A stretch of DNA of 64,000 nt, from positions 61,773,318-61,837,317 of the forward strand of contig NC_057718.1 of assembly GCF_004010195.1 (NCBI RefSeq), written 5' to 3'. Source of the stretch: Chiloscyllium plagiosum (lineage: Eukaryota). Shown here piece after piece: positions 51,385 to 64,000 of this stretch (positions within the stretch are counted from its first letter, which is position 1; every line of letters begins with the position of its first letter). The notes under the pieces were generated by a model, which had not been told where the DNA came from, ran no database searches, and saw nothing but the letters and a program-made list of their open reading frames with translations. The translations under genes were made by a program, and so were the position numbers.

Positions 51385-54095
51385 TACTTTCAAATAAGCC
51401 TGTTGGACTAAAAGCTAGTGTTGTGTGATTTTTAACTTTGTCCACCCCAGTCCAAAACTGGCACCTCCACATCAAAGTTCAGGTAGGTGAGGCAGTCCTG
51501 AACAAGCAAATGAATCACAAAAGCTGCAAGCTCAAGCAGGGCAGGAGCAAACCATATTCAGCCCCTTAGAACATCCGACAAAACTGTCAAAATCCATGGA
51601 ATCCATCACCCTTCCAGCTAGCATTGAAGAAACCTCAGATTCTGAGATGGACACAGCAGATGTTGCAGCCTTGATGCCTTTACTGCCAAAGAGGAGCTTG
51701 AATTTCGTCCAAGACACTCCAAGCGCAAGAGATGGGCTATGGTCTGGAACACACCGCCTGAGTCAGTGAAACCGGACCCAGTGCAAAAACGGCCCAGGAC
51801 AGGCTACAGGAAAATGAACAGGCCTATGTCCCCAGATGTAGAGGCAGAGAAATGTAGTGATTGGAATGAGGTCAGCCAGGTGTAGCTTGTGGAATACAAG
51901 TTCCCTGATTGCAACTGTTAATCTAGTCTAATAAACAGGAGTGTCAGAGGTTCTGTTTACTCTAAGAGTTGGCTCTGAGGAAGCTGGACTAGTATCAAAT
52001 ACTATGCACATGTAAGGGATACCAACCTCTGTGGAGTTGTTTCATAGATGACCATTTGGAAGTAGATCACCCTAACAGAAGAGCAGCATTAAATGCAATT
52101 AAGGACAGGTCTGAAGACTGGACTATCTCACCCAAAGAGTCAGGGTGCCAAAATATAAACAGAATTTCATCTTATGCTAGATCAACTCTAAAGAAATAGA
52201 AATCTAAAACCAATTTATTCTATATCAAGCAGTCATAAATTCAACATATTCTTCCATGTCTATAAAATCAAAATTTTTCTGTCAGAAAGTAGTTTCAAAA
52301 GATTTTGTTTCAAATTTGAATCTGCAGTTACAGCAAAATAATGAAAATGAATGCAACTCCGAAGCAAATTGGATCTCTAATGTATAAGGGCATTAGTTAG
52401 TACAATCTGGATTAATCCTGATTAATACTACACTGCACCTTTGCTATTGTGATCCTACCATCCTGTTTCATCTTAAATAAAGATTATAGCTTTTAAACGG
52501 GGGCACACTAGACCGTAGATTAACAGGCTCACATTTCTTACAAGTAATGAGAATGCCTAGTGATTAAACCTGGTCTAATATGCTTAAACTGCTGGGTAGT
52601 AGCATCTGTTTCACCCACAGGACTACATTTTTATTGTTGGATTATACAGCGTCACATGAGCCAGCTCATGAGATCCAATTAGTTGCTAAGGAAAGCGTTC
52701 AATATCATTCGTTTCACATTTTGCTCCCTTAAAGTGGATCTGGTCTCTAAGAGGCTGCTAAAGTCGGAGTTTGTTAGATGTAATGATTAGCTGCAGCTCG
52801 ACACTTGAAGCGTTGGAGGCGAATGGCAGTACAGCTTTGCTCTAATTTGCAGATCCTCAGTTAATTAGAAAGTCCTCAGATTCACACAGATGTGGGTCAC
52901 TATTGACAGTTCTATCTTTGATGCTTCCTGTGTGACAGTTGTTGAGCTGACCTTCCCTAAAATGGCAGAACTACCCAGAATTTTACAGTGTGGGGAATTC
53001 AATCATTTCTACCTACTCTAACAGGAAGCTACTGGCAAGGTTACTACACTGAGCAATGCTCAACTTCCTTATGTTAAACAAACACTAATGACATCTGTGC
53101 TGCCCTTAAAACTAAAACTGGTCACAGAAAAGTTCCCGGAAATTTTGAAAAAAAACTTTGTTTTTGCATGTGTGGTAAAATAATTTCCTTCAAGGACGTA
53201 ACGTTTTTTGTCTCCAATCTTGTAGTTTGCTTATTGTTGTTGTGAAGTTTTCAATACATGACAAGAAATTTAAAATACCTCATTGGTACTGTATACCAGA
53301 TACTATATTATACTATACCAGATCACCTCCACAATCTTATTCAGGGTCATCGATTTATGGTGACTGAATAAGTCAGATTTCAGAACTTTAACTGATGTTT
53401 TATGGATTACATTTTGCGCTTCCACCTGCTAATAATTACAGCTAGTGGCTCAAGGTGTTGAATTAAGTCCAATTCTATTTTTCTTTCATGTGATTGTAGA
53501 ATCCTTATTGATGCTTTGGAAATTACATTCTGATAGTCTGTTCTTTATTTCTACTTGTAATATATAAAAACCATTATAATCAAGAAAGAACACACATCTG
53601 AAAGTTAAATATTTTGCATAAAAGTTGTTAAATAAAAGAATGTCACATAACCCAATGTCCATTCAGATCACACATCCTTAATCACTATCCAAAATTGTGC
53701 CACATGATTTTCACATTAAGTGAAAAAAAGACAGATCAATTTTCTGGCAAGAATTTACTTATTTTTTAAAACAAGATTCACCATATGGTGCACAGTACAA
53801 ACAGCAGCACTCCACAGAAATCTGAAAATGAATCTCAAATCAATAATATAATTAAGAGGGCTCTGGAGACAAGTATACACTAACTGATCATTGGAGGGGA
53901 AAAGAGTATCTCTGATGACAAATATAAACTGCCACAGTTTCTGGGCATAATGAGTTATGGTGGCAGCCATATACCACTGGAGCCTTTAAGGGTTCAAATA
54001 TCAAAACAGGCTGACTGACCAATTGTCAGTGTTAGAAATGCAGGTCCCTTAAGGGTAAAACAAAGCAGCTCCCATGTTGACTGAGAGCAGGTGAT

Positions 54096-54297
54096 TAGAG
54101 TGGTGCTGGAGAAGCACAGCAGATCAGGCAGCATCAGAGAAGCAGGAAAAATCGACGTTTTGGGCAAAAGCCCTTCATCAGGAACGATTCCTGACGAACA
54201 GCTTTACCCAAAACAGATGCTGCCTGACCTGCTGTTCTTCTCCAGCACCGCTCTAAACTTGACCCTAATCTCCAGCATCTGCAGTACCCACTTCCAT
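54096..54297 (+). mobile_element. Palindromic Penelope-derived mini-element (family of 1841-2056)
   Basis: Perfect 15-bp TSD ctgagagcaggtgat (54081-54095, 54298-54312); inverted arms centred at about 54186. Confidence 0.9.
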
Positions 54298-54384
54298 CTG
54301 AGAGCAGGTGATGCTCACTGGACTCCCTGAACAGGGATTAAAACAAAGAGTGAGTTCTTAAAAGGGCTTGTTTTAGAGGTAATG

Positions 54385-54480
54385 CTTGTTACAGTAGTAA
54401 TGTCCCTACTTCTAGGTCAGTAGGTCTGGGTTCAAGTCCCTCCTGTCCAGAGGGGTGTACAACACATCTGAACAAGCTGC
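54385..54480 (+). mobile_element. tRNA-derived SINE head fragment
   Basis: tagtaatgtccctacttctaggtcagtaggtctgggttcaagtccc (B box GGTTCAAGTCC). Confidence 0.5.
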
Positions 54481-57400
54481 TTTTCTGTTTAAATAATCTT
54501 CTTAATTGGGTTAATTGTAAATTTGGTTGTTGATTTTTTTATTTTTAAAAAAGTGAAGTTCTCTTTGCCAAACTGTGTATTTATAATAACACTATTGCAA
54601 ATTCCAAAGTATTTTGCTGCCCTAATTCAACATTTGGCTACCAGTCAGTTAAACACCATGAAAGGACAGGGGCAAATGCACAAGGTTTGAAGGTTTTGGT
54701 GACACATGAATTGACAGATCTTTAAGGGAGCTGGGAAAAGAACAAGATCAACTAACAGAACTGTACAAACTCACCAGGGCAGTTTCTTTTAAACAGTATC
54801 AGAATCTCTTGGATTGGACTAGCCCTTCAAGCTATTCTTGTTTCCCTGTGACCTCTCTTCCCTGGTGAAAGGGCTAGAGACTGATGTTTGATTGGCTGGG
54901 TCAAACAGTTCTTTATCGCCTCTGGGATCTATGATCAGTGCAAATTGAAGGGATGCAAGTCTCCTCACTCTACTGGCTACAAGACTTTGTATAAGCAGAG
55001 TTCCTTATGGGTGTTGCACTAACACATGATGTTTACTTCAATGCAAAATCGTCAATGATGTGGCTGCATCCTAAGTGCTGGATGCTGATCAACATCCCAC
55101 ATTTAGTCAGAACTTAAAAACAGTGTGTCTAAAAACTGATGGACTCATTGTGTTTTAAAAGAAACATGCACTTATTCAATTTCCAACAAAAAAATAGTTA
55201 CTTAGAGCTCATTAACTACTAAACTGTTAAGATATACAATTGCATCTTGATTAAACAGTATTGGCCCATTTTAAGAGATCAAGCTTTTTTTATTTGCAGA
55301 TGTATTTTTGAAAATATTTTCTGTGTGATTAATCAAAAACAGAAAACAATTTGTCAAAGTAAAGTAAAAGAAGTACTGAAAGTCAGTCAAAGCTCCATGA
55401 GCTCAGTTTTTTTTTGTTAAAGCAACTCATTCCTAGAACTTTGTAAAGTGGCAGAATCATCACAATCTAATTCTCCAAATTAGATTTTAAAACCTTCATT
55501 ATTAGAATGCATTTATTTTGAATTGGGTAGCACCAATATTGTGGTGGGGTGCAGTGGGCAGTGTCTCTGCCTCTGAACAGGAATGTCCACCACTCTGGGA
55601 CTTGGTGAACATGAAAGGTTGATTATAAACTTATAAATCCTTCAGATATTCCTATGGCAGGCAATAAGAGTGGGAGCATCTCCTCTGTGTGATGTGGAAT
55701 TGGGTCTCTTGAGCTACTGTCTCCAGCAACAAATGAACAACTTATTTCAAGAAAATCTAGCCTTGGAAACAAACATGAGCTTGTCTTTAAGCCTACCTTA
55801 TAAGCCATTAGGTATGAAAAGACGACCACCACTAATATTAAAATAAGACCAATAATAAATATAAGCTTCAACACTAAACACTTCTTGACTGTGGAGAGCT
55901 TCACTAGCTTGGAGAATTACTGGTGTGCAAAACATTTCAGTTCACAAATTATCAATTGTTTGGAATTAGATTTCCAATTCAATGAGATACACTGTTCTCA
56001 TGTTTAAAATGATTTTAACTCTAAATTAGTTTGGTTACAAAATACAATTCCCACAAATATGAAGATGCACCTAACCAAATAATAAAAATAAAAAAAATTC
56101 TAGAGTGGGGATATTAAACTTCACTAGCTGTTAAATCTCAAGCCTTCAGCACTTACATCTACCTTCAGTAAATTCTCAATTGATCACTGTTGTAAACTGT
56201 GCCTTCTTCTCTGCAATAAAAGTGATCGAAGGTTGAGTCTATTTGCAGGTTAAGTAATGACAAGCCCATGCCATAATGCACTTTCAGTCTAACTCCTTGT
56301 CTTCACAGATCATAAAATCTTTATATCTAGGGCAGTTGTTTGAGTTTTAAGCTTTTGGAGGTCCTAGTCAATCATTTTGAAAGCATTGGTGAGCTTTTAT
56401 GATGTTTCCTGGTGTGTAATTCTCATTTCAACAAGAGGGAAGGTTCGGTAAGCTGTAGAGTAGTTTCTTTACAACATATATCACAGTCAAATTATGTGAA
56501 ATGCAGTAGAATGGGTCAGCTATCCAAAAGCACACAATTTCAAGATGTAAGAATAAGAATCCAAAACTAGAATCTTCCAGGACCACCAGGGCTCTTGGGA
56601 GGTCAGGCAGGGAATTTAATTGGTTGTGATGAAAAATTCAGTTTCCCAATAGTGAGTTACAATTTTGGTATTAAGTTCTGAGAACCTTTCAGGCAGGTCA
56701 AGAACTCCTTTGTATTCATCAGCATGTTATAAATACTCATTAATCTCAAGCTCACTGGAATTATATTCGTGAGCAAAGTATCGTTGAGCAAAAACGTAAA
56801 ATAATGTGTGTTCACACATCTAACTATATGTTTAAAAATGAGAAGAGTACCTGAAGGGGGAGACTTCTTCCAAGTTCCATAAGTTCAAGCCACATCCATT
56901 ACTTGGTTATTTCATAAACAAGCCTTTTATGTGGGTAAGCATTTATGGTGTAAGTGGTGGAGCCTCACAGGGTCCACCAGCTCATGAAAAGTCTTGGTTA
57001 TACGTGATTTTGCTTATTATAGTTAAACGTTTACAATGCAAGGGAGAAAAGCTGACCAGATCCACCAGTCTTCCCAAGAGAGACAACTGCATTGGCCAAC
57101 GCCAGCAAATCTGACTGGGCAGACAAATGGGCCTCAACTGAAAAGATATCTGAAATGAGGAGGGGGCTGAACAGAAAAGGTTCAGAGAAAGGTAGACTAG
57201 GTGTCAAGAACCTGTAGGGAATGGAACATTAGGGTGTGGGTATGAGGAACACTGGCATGATCCAAGGGGCTGGAGGAGGAAAGTGAAATACAAAAAGGAC
57301 AAGAACTACACATAAAGGGTGAAGAACATGAGGGGGTAATTAAATATGGTGAACATGAACAAATCGATGAACTGAATAAAGGATCAGTGTAAAGATAAGG

Positions 57401-57887
57401 CTGGCAATGGAGATCTGAATGGAAGTGTAATCGGGGAAGGGCAGCTAGATCAAGGGAAAACGTGAAAGGACTGACAGTCATTGGGGAGCAGTGAATAGAG
57501 GGAGCTCCAGAGAACTCCTTCTCCAAAGCGAAAGGTCATCTAGAATAATAGGGGAAATGTGTATTCTAAAGGGAAAAGGATAAAAGGGCGACCGTCAAAG
57601 GGAAAGTGTAGAACCACCATCTTTCCCAAAACCATTTTTCAGCAGAAGGCTTCTCAGAAAATGAGCAGTACAAATTGAAAGGGCTCCAAATCTGTTTGCA
57701 CTTGTTCCTGCACAGCGCTGAGACAGTTGAAAATAATATTGCATGAGCACTCAACTAAGCACCTTACACCAAAGGAAGGCACTCACTGTAGAATAAAGAC
57801 AATTCGACCCTTCCAGTTCAAATAGAAAAATTACAACCATGTCCTATCACTAATTAATTTTTGACAAGAAAGGTGCCTAAGAATCAC

Positions 57888-57889
<2 letters not shown>

Positions 57890-57928
<39 letters not shown>
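57890..57928. repeat. (GT)n microsatellite, about 19 units
   Basis: Direct reading. Confidence 0.95.
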
Positions 57929-57929
<1 letters not shown>

Positions 57930-58299
57930 TGGGGGTGGTGGGTGGGAGGAGGTATTTGACATTCAGTCATGCAGGAGCATTCTAAGCTGTGAAAACCAAG
58001 GACACAGCGAAGCCATTATGCACACTCAGGTCATTATGTCATGATTGTAGGGCTGTATCACAGGAGATACTGACAGTCAATAAGAGTCAGATTGAACTAA
58101 TTGCCACATACGTGAAAAACAAAGTAAATATCTTGAATATTGGAAAGGGGAAAACTCATTACTGGCCATAGAGGATGGACCCCACCATGCAGAGAGGTTG
58201 TAGGGCTGGCTTTCACCCAGTACATGAGCAGTCTAAACAGGCTTCAAAGGTTAGACTGACTATGTTATGATCTCAAATGGAAAACATTAATCTCATTCC

Positions 58300-59420
58300 T
58301 GATATTTCTTCACAGATCAGTGCTTCCATACTAGATGTTCAACCAACTTGACCCAGAGGTTATGTTAGCTTTACAAAGGTTATGCCACATAAGCAGTGAA
58401 TAGAGATGGACACTACCAACACAATCAGAGACATGAGGCTCTGTTGGCTATAGCTGTGGACAAAGAAGCAGTGCACAAAGAGCAGGTCCAAGATTTTCAG
58501 CACTGTCAAACAACGTACCAACATAGGATGGACAGAGGCATTGCAGCTGCTTGCAAACATGTTAAAGGCAGTGCTGGAGATGTCTATGACTGACTAAGGA
58601 AGCCATTACCCACATCTGGCAGCTCCTGCAGTGGATCTGCCTCCATGGGGCATGTGATGCAATGGTAGTTTGTGGCACTGGAAATCCTCAACTGGGGACA
58701 TATGCAACATTTCCCATTAGCAGCCAATAATTGCATTTGTGAGTATACCATTATCCTGTACAAGATAACAATAGTTTATCTGGTTCATCATGGACCCAGA
58801 CAGCCAAACCGCTCAAGCTGTGGGATTTCAGCCATCCCTCAAGTAGAACAGGGCCACAGAGTGCACGTGAGAGTTTGAACTCCACATCAACATCTAGCTA
58901 GATTCTTGAATAAGAAGGGATTTCACTTCCACAATGTCAAGCTCACTTGTGACCACAGGCAATATTTCCCACAGGTGTACACCTATTATCCAGGGAAATT
59001 ATACAACACTTAGATTCCTCAAATGTTCACTGCTGAGAATCGTCTGCAGTCTGGCCTGTGAGTGACATGGAGCATCCCAGAAGGCATGGTTAATGACACC
59101 AGTAAGAACGTCTCAGGCAGATACTGCACATGTATCCACCAGGGTCATTACTGAACAGATAATTGGTCTCTGCAGATACACTTCCATTGCCTGGAACACT
59201 TAGAGGGAGTACTCCAGAAATTGCCAAACTCCAGATTAGTGACTATTTCCTGCACCTTTCACAACCTAACTGTATGGCAGAACTTTAGAAAATTGAGGAA
59301 AATGGACTCTTCCTCAGACCAGGAAGAAGGGAGTCTGATAGAGATTCTGAGGGAGTCAGTGATGATACTGAGGAAGTCAGGACATTAATGAGACAAGGCA
59401 GATGCACATTTGAAATATGG
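58300..59420 (+). mobile_element. Decayed PIF/Harbinger (HARBI1-like) transposase
   Basis: GISAIPQVEQGHRVHV, FLNKKGFHFHNVKLTCDHRQYFPQVYTYYPG, VITEQIIGL, CTFHNL and an acidic tail. A convergent S/T-rich decayed second ORF is likely at about 60000-61150. Confidence 0.75.
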
Positions 59421-61882
59421 TCCCACCTCCAACATTTTGACTCCTAAAACAAGTTTCCACCATTGTCACATTTGTTTTGGTCAACTACTCACTTATGGAC
59501 ACTCAGAATGATGAGCCAAATCTGGTGCAGAGGAATTCCTTGGATTATAACTTTAAAACAATAAGCTATTTTGTTTAACTTTGTAAGTGGATTGTAAGTG
59601 ACTTTGTTATCTTTGGACCATTAGTCTCCAGTTTCCATTTTCAAGCCAGGGCCAGTTTGGAGTAATGCAGACTTAAGGGCCACGCTTATCTGACACAAAC
59701 CTTTGTTCACAAGGGTTATTCATCTATCATTGCATCATAAAGGGACTGCAATATGCTGACTGAATCCCTAACCCAATCATTTGCTAAATTTCTGCTTTTT
59801 AGAGATTATGTTCTTCCCTGAGGGCAGCAGAGAATGTTAGCCTCAGTACTCTTTGCACCGCTGCATATGATGTGCATGTAAACATCTTGGGTGATCACTG
59901 TCCTTCAATAAAGTAAATAGTCAGAAATCATAACAGATTGAAAGAGACCACAAGGCTGCTCTGCAACATAATTAAATTTGTTTCAAGTGCATTGTACAGA
60001 ATTTGACACCCGCGCATCAAAGTTACTTAGATGTTCTTCAATCCCTCTTTTTCTGCTACGTGTTTTAGTTTCAATACAGCAGCTGCAGCTGGCTTCTTGC
60101 AGCAAGCTGCTGATTTCTTTGCCATCTTGTCACAAATGACTTAAGTGGGTATTCTCTGTTGAGCCTGGGCCTAAAGAAGTGCAGAAGCAACCCCCCTTGG
60201 CCTGACTCAGTAAAGGCATTTAGAGCCCTGGCAGAGAGGAGTTGGTGGATCAAGGCACCTCTGGACCTTTCAGAGATGCCAATTCCTGGGAATCTGCCTC
60301 TCATTCCATTGCCCTGTTGGTGCATAATAGCACCTCCCTCACCCCTTGAGGGGATGGAAAACCTGGAGGGTGGGTAAGGGCCCTCAACCCACTCTTACCT
60401 AGCTAGTGAGTGATGCATTTTTGGCTTTAACAATACAGTGAAGGTCAATGTACATTTCCAAGAGATATGCACAACTTATTGTTGTGCTGGACCTGGCTCT
60501 CCATTTCAGCTGACAGCTTGTCCATGGAGACAGCCATGCACTTTCATGCCAGTGCCTCAATGTCAGATTCCATTGCCCTTTGCCACAGGTTGCGTATGAT
60601 CTCTAGCACTTCTGCCAGAGATTTTCCAGCTTGCCTTTGTATATCCAAGTATACATTAATGGCCCAGACCAGAGGTTCACAAATACTGGACTCAGCTAGG
60701 TGGCCTTACCTACTTGTTCATTAAAATTTGGAACTTAGCCACACATGAATATGCAATAAGTTGAGAAAAAAATAATCTTTTCAGAAAGCTAGTCTGCTAC
60801 CAATGGTCATACCTTCCACCTTTAGGTCCACTTCTACACCATCTCAGGAACACAAGATTCCAATGATGGTCTCATTTTATTTGGTCTTCTACTCTCCATT
60901 AATCCTCCAAGTGTCAGCCATCTCTTGTAGTTGCAGGCCTGTGTTACCAGAATGTGACTCCAAGCTTATTCTAGATAGATTACCCACAGAGCTGAATGTC
61001 TCTGCAGAGACAGAGAGTGAGGGGGAAGGTTTTGAATATGCTTCCTCTGAGGTTCGTGACAGTTCCTCCTCAGAGGTGTGCTATAAGGTGCTGGCAGAGT
61101 TGTATTCGTGGGATGGGACTTTCCTTATTTTGGTCCTGGCTTTGGACTGGGATCCAGAGAATGCATAGAAAAACAATTTTTTTTAATGTCCCAAGCTGCC
61201 ACCCTTACCAAAGTTTTTATTAAGATGTAGGTGCTTGACATACAACTGTGGGCAACAATTCAGAAGCTCTCTCACTAGCAGGCTTGCAGCAAAAGCATGT
61301 TCTCTTTGCTCTCCCCTTAGCTCCACTGCCTGCTCAAAGGAGTTGACACTATGTGCATTCTTCTCCTGCAGGAGGAGGAAAGAATGATATGGCATTAGAT
61401 CCATGAGCATTACAGGTATTTGGCGTCCATCGATTGATACAGATAGAGATGTCACTCTCCAGTGTTGATTGCCCATCTGCATTGCTATTAAGATCATATG
61501 GATGCATTTAAATATTAAAGGGTTCTGACTGAAAGGTGGCTCACTAGCACCAAAGAGCTGAAGTTGATAGAAATCAATGAAATGTTGTAGGATGTGTCTG
61601 CCTGTGAAGTCATTTTTGTGGTGATGCCCTTGTTCAATGCAAGCCTTTGGTGAAAAGCTGCCAGATTATATATTCTCCTAATTGTACTGAAAGGTCAGTG
61701 AGCTGCTGGATCTTGTAACTCCTGTCACGTTTTAGGTGTGAACAGTGTGAGATTTGCAAGAGTCAGCAGCACAATAGCGCAGGTGCTACATTAGTATCTG
61801 CAATGAAGACATTAATTGCACGAGGATTCTGATCAAGAATCCCGACACCCAATCTGGTATGGCAATCTTATAATTCTAACTA

Positions 61883-61967
61883 GATTAGAGTGGTGCTGGA
61901 AAAGCACAGCAGGTCAAGCAGCATCCGAGGAGCAGGAAAATCGATCGGGCAAAAGCCCTTCATCAGG
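61883..61967 (-). mobile_element. Single Penelope terminal-repeat arm fused to a SINE
   Basis: ttagagtggtgctggaaaagcacagcagg...gggcaaaagcccttcatcagg; the hammerhead GAAAC segment is deleted. Confidence 0.8.
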
Positions 61968-62197
61968 CCAATCTACTAAACCCTACATGTCCCTGGACAC
62001 AATGAGCATTTACCTTGGCCAAACCACCTGACCTGCACATCTTTGGATTGTGGTAGGAAACCAGAGCACCCCGATAAAACTCACAAAGACACGGTAAGAA
62101 TGTGCAAACACCATGCAGACAATTGCCCGAGGCTGGAATTGAACCCAGGTCCCTGGTACTGTGAAGCAGCAGTGCTAATACTGAGCCACAGTGCCGC
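61968..62197 (-). mobile_element. HE1-like tRNA-derived SINE lacking its CR1 tail
   Basis: Head gcggcactgtggctcagtattagcactgctgcttcacagtaccagggacctgggttcaattcca. Confidence 0.9.
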
Positions 62198-64000
62198 TTT
62201 GCAAGGTTTGAGTTGATAATGAAACGAAAACATGGATTATGGATTATCCAGTGAAAGTGCCTATTGTCATCTCCATAAAAGAAGCTATAATCTCGCAATT
62301 CTGGTAAAACTCCAATTTTGATAGAAATATTTCTGAGTTTCCCAGAATCAAAGAATTAAAATAGGAGCTAAGCGAAGATGTGTTGTTTAACTTTTTTGAA
62401 GGTCTTCTGTTTATTGATGGAGACAAGTATTCAGTTTGGGAACAGACATCGATAGCATTGAGAGACAACAGGGGGTGATAGTAATTCAGATCTGCATTTC
62501 AAGCAGAGAAAGTACTAACTTCATGATTCACTTCATGAAATGCAGCTGTGTCATTTCCTCAGTTTGGGTTTTGTGAGGAAAAGGCAGCTGGAAGAATTCC
62601 TTTAGTTTGTAGATAATGGAACAATCAACAGTGATTCTCATAGACAATTGAGGTGCAAAGCAGTGAGCAGAGTTAGCTTGAAAAGCTGTGGGAAACCAGT
62701 TGAATATTTGCTGGTAACCCATGCAAGAAGTGGAGACATCGCCAGGCATAAGGTCTATAAAGAAAAAGTGGACAGTCACATTGCTAAAATAGTAATGGGA
62801 GGATCCCCATCTAATTTCCACCTCAAGGGATAGCTGGAATACTCAGAAGTGGCACAAGGCTGTGACACAATTTTGGGTTGATCACAAAAAATGTGAATGA
62901 AACTTCCAAGATTTCATAAAGGAAACTTTGTAGTTGGGCATGTGGGTAAAAAAAGAACCAAGTCAACTGCATAACATAAGTAATTATAAACTATGTTGTT
63001 AAGTTAATTGTGTTTAGCGAATTATTTTATACAACATAGTTTGTTTTTGTTTCAAAATGTGAAATCATAGCCTTGTTAGTGATCGCTGGATGTTGAACCA
63101 CTGAAGTCCATAATAGGATCATAAACCTCATTTACCCAATGTGGGAAGGTAACCTTGAAAAACAGGCCTATCTCTCAGTATTCACTGACAGATTTTGCTG
63201 GATTATGTTTGCAGCTTTAGGACTGGAGCACAATGTTTAGACTTGTGGAGACATGGCAGGCAACTCATGAGAGGCTCATTTGGATTGGCCCCAAGACTCC
63301 GAGTTTGGTTGCACTTTCTGCACTGCATCAATTCTGAACCTGAAAAGTCCAGTCTAGAAAAAATTCTACCCATCAGAATCAAGGCAAACCTAATTAAATA
63401 CATTTCTTCATATAAAGCTAGATATCTTTCTTACCTAAATAAAACAGCACTCCTTCAATGCAAGCTCTAGATTGTGTTGAAATGTAATTGTTGTCATTCT
63501 AAGATCTGAATAGATTCATTATGGCTCTCTGTGAAGAATCTATTTATCTCTCTTTTGTTTCCAATATATTGGCCATGATTTTATTGAAGTTGGGACATTT
63601 GTTTGAGATCCTATCATATCACTGATATGTTGCTAACTGCATTCATTTTTGGGAAAGATTTTCAAAGACAAAAATGATTATTGTGATTGAGAAGGTAATC
63701 TCAACTACATATTAACATTAACTTGTTTGGTAACTCAACATGATAGGCAGAGTAACTCACGGGAACACAATAATCCAGGAGCTAAAATCAAAAACGGCTT
63801 TTATGTTGCAGTCTGGCTCAATTTCTACACTAACTGATGATCTAGATCACTGTGCACCACTAAGACATCTGCACACAACTTAGGCTGACATTTCACACAG
63901 TACTGAGAGCGACAACCCATTTTCCAAATAATATTAAATCAAAGTCCACCTGCCAATTCATAAAAGCCTGAACATCCACGAGGAGACAGGGTTGATCTGG

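Larger units (their letters stand above)
50812..51472 (+). mobile_element. Third Penelope-derived inverted-repeat element inserted in the Gypsy
   Basis: Inverted arms 50812-50897 and 50993-51435 (split by a MITE); TSD caaagtttaggta / caaagttcaggta. Confidence 0.8.
49479..52044 (+). mobile_element. Gypsy-type LTR retrotransposon remnant
   Basis: Partial 5' LTR tgcagcaattgtaatgagatcagccaggtg (49479) and 3' LTR tgtagtgattggaatgaggtcagccaggtg...tttca (51853-52044); polypurine tract agaggcagagaaa; RNase H CDASPY / YVQIEMEGLAVIFGMRKFHQYLY...DHKPLLGLL; integrase SSNGLVERAVQT; TSD taggt / tagat. Confidence 0.9.

Noticed and set aside
57160..57620. Purine-rich stretch and 109-aa minus-strand ORF
   Set aside because: Compositional bias like a reversed retroelement UTR; no protein motif.
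21094..64000. Homologue of the human erythroid +58 GATA1 enhancer
   Set aside because: GATA motifs are frequent by chance; no recognisable match without an alignment.

Overview
Vertebrate genomic DNA, almost certainly from a shark (HE1-type tRNA SINEs, CR1 LINEs and Penelope elements typical of elasmobranchs). The only confidently identifiable gene is BCL11A on the minus strand: its large terminal coding exon (21093-19079, zinc-finger pair, 21-Glu tract, C-terminal zinc-finger triplet) and a ~2.55 kb 3'UTR ending at AATAAA 16546-16541. Everything above 21093 is intron; no upstream BCL11A exon was recognised. The rest is decayed mobile DNA: CR1 LINEs, Penelope-like (GIY-YIG) elements, a Gypsy LTR remnant with two nested insertions, a solo LTR, Harbinger transposase relics, Tigger-like MITEs and SINEs. 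Most notable: (1) ~200-bp palindromic Penelope-derived mini-elements with long target-site duplications carrying head-to-head minimal hammerhead ribozyme motifs, with about four distinct hammerhead variants in the window; (2) an SLC25A26 exon-sized fragment fused to an AATAAA/(CATT)n retroposon tail; (3) an orphan, frame-symmetric 318-nt exon about 15 kb downstream of BCL11A. All comparisons to human sequences or repeat families are from recall, not from a search.
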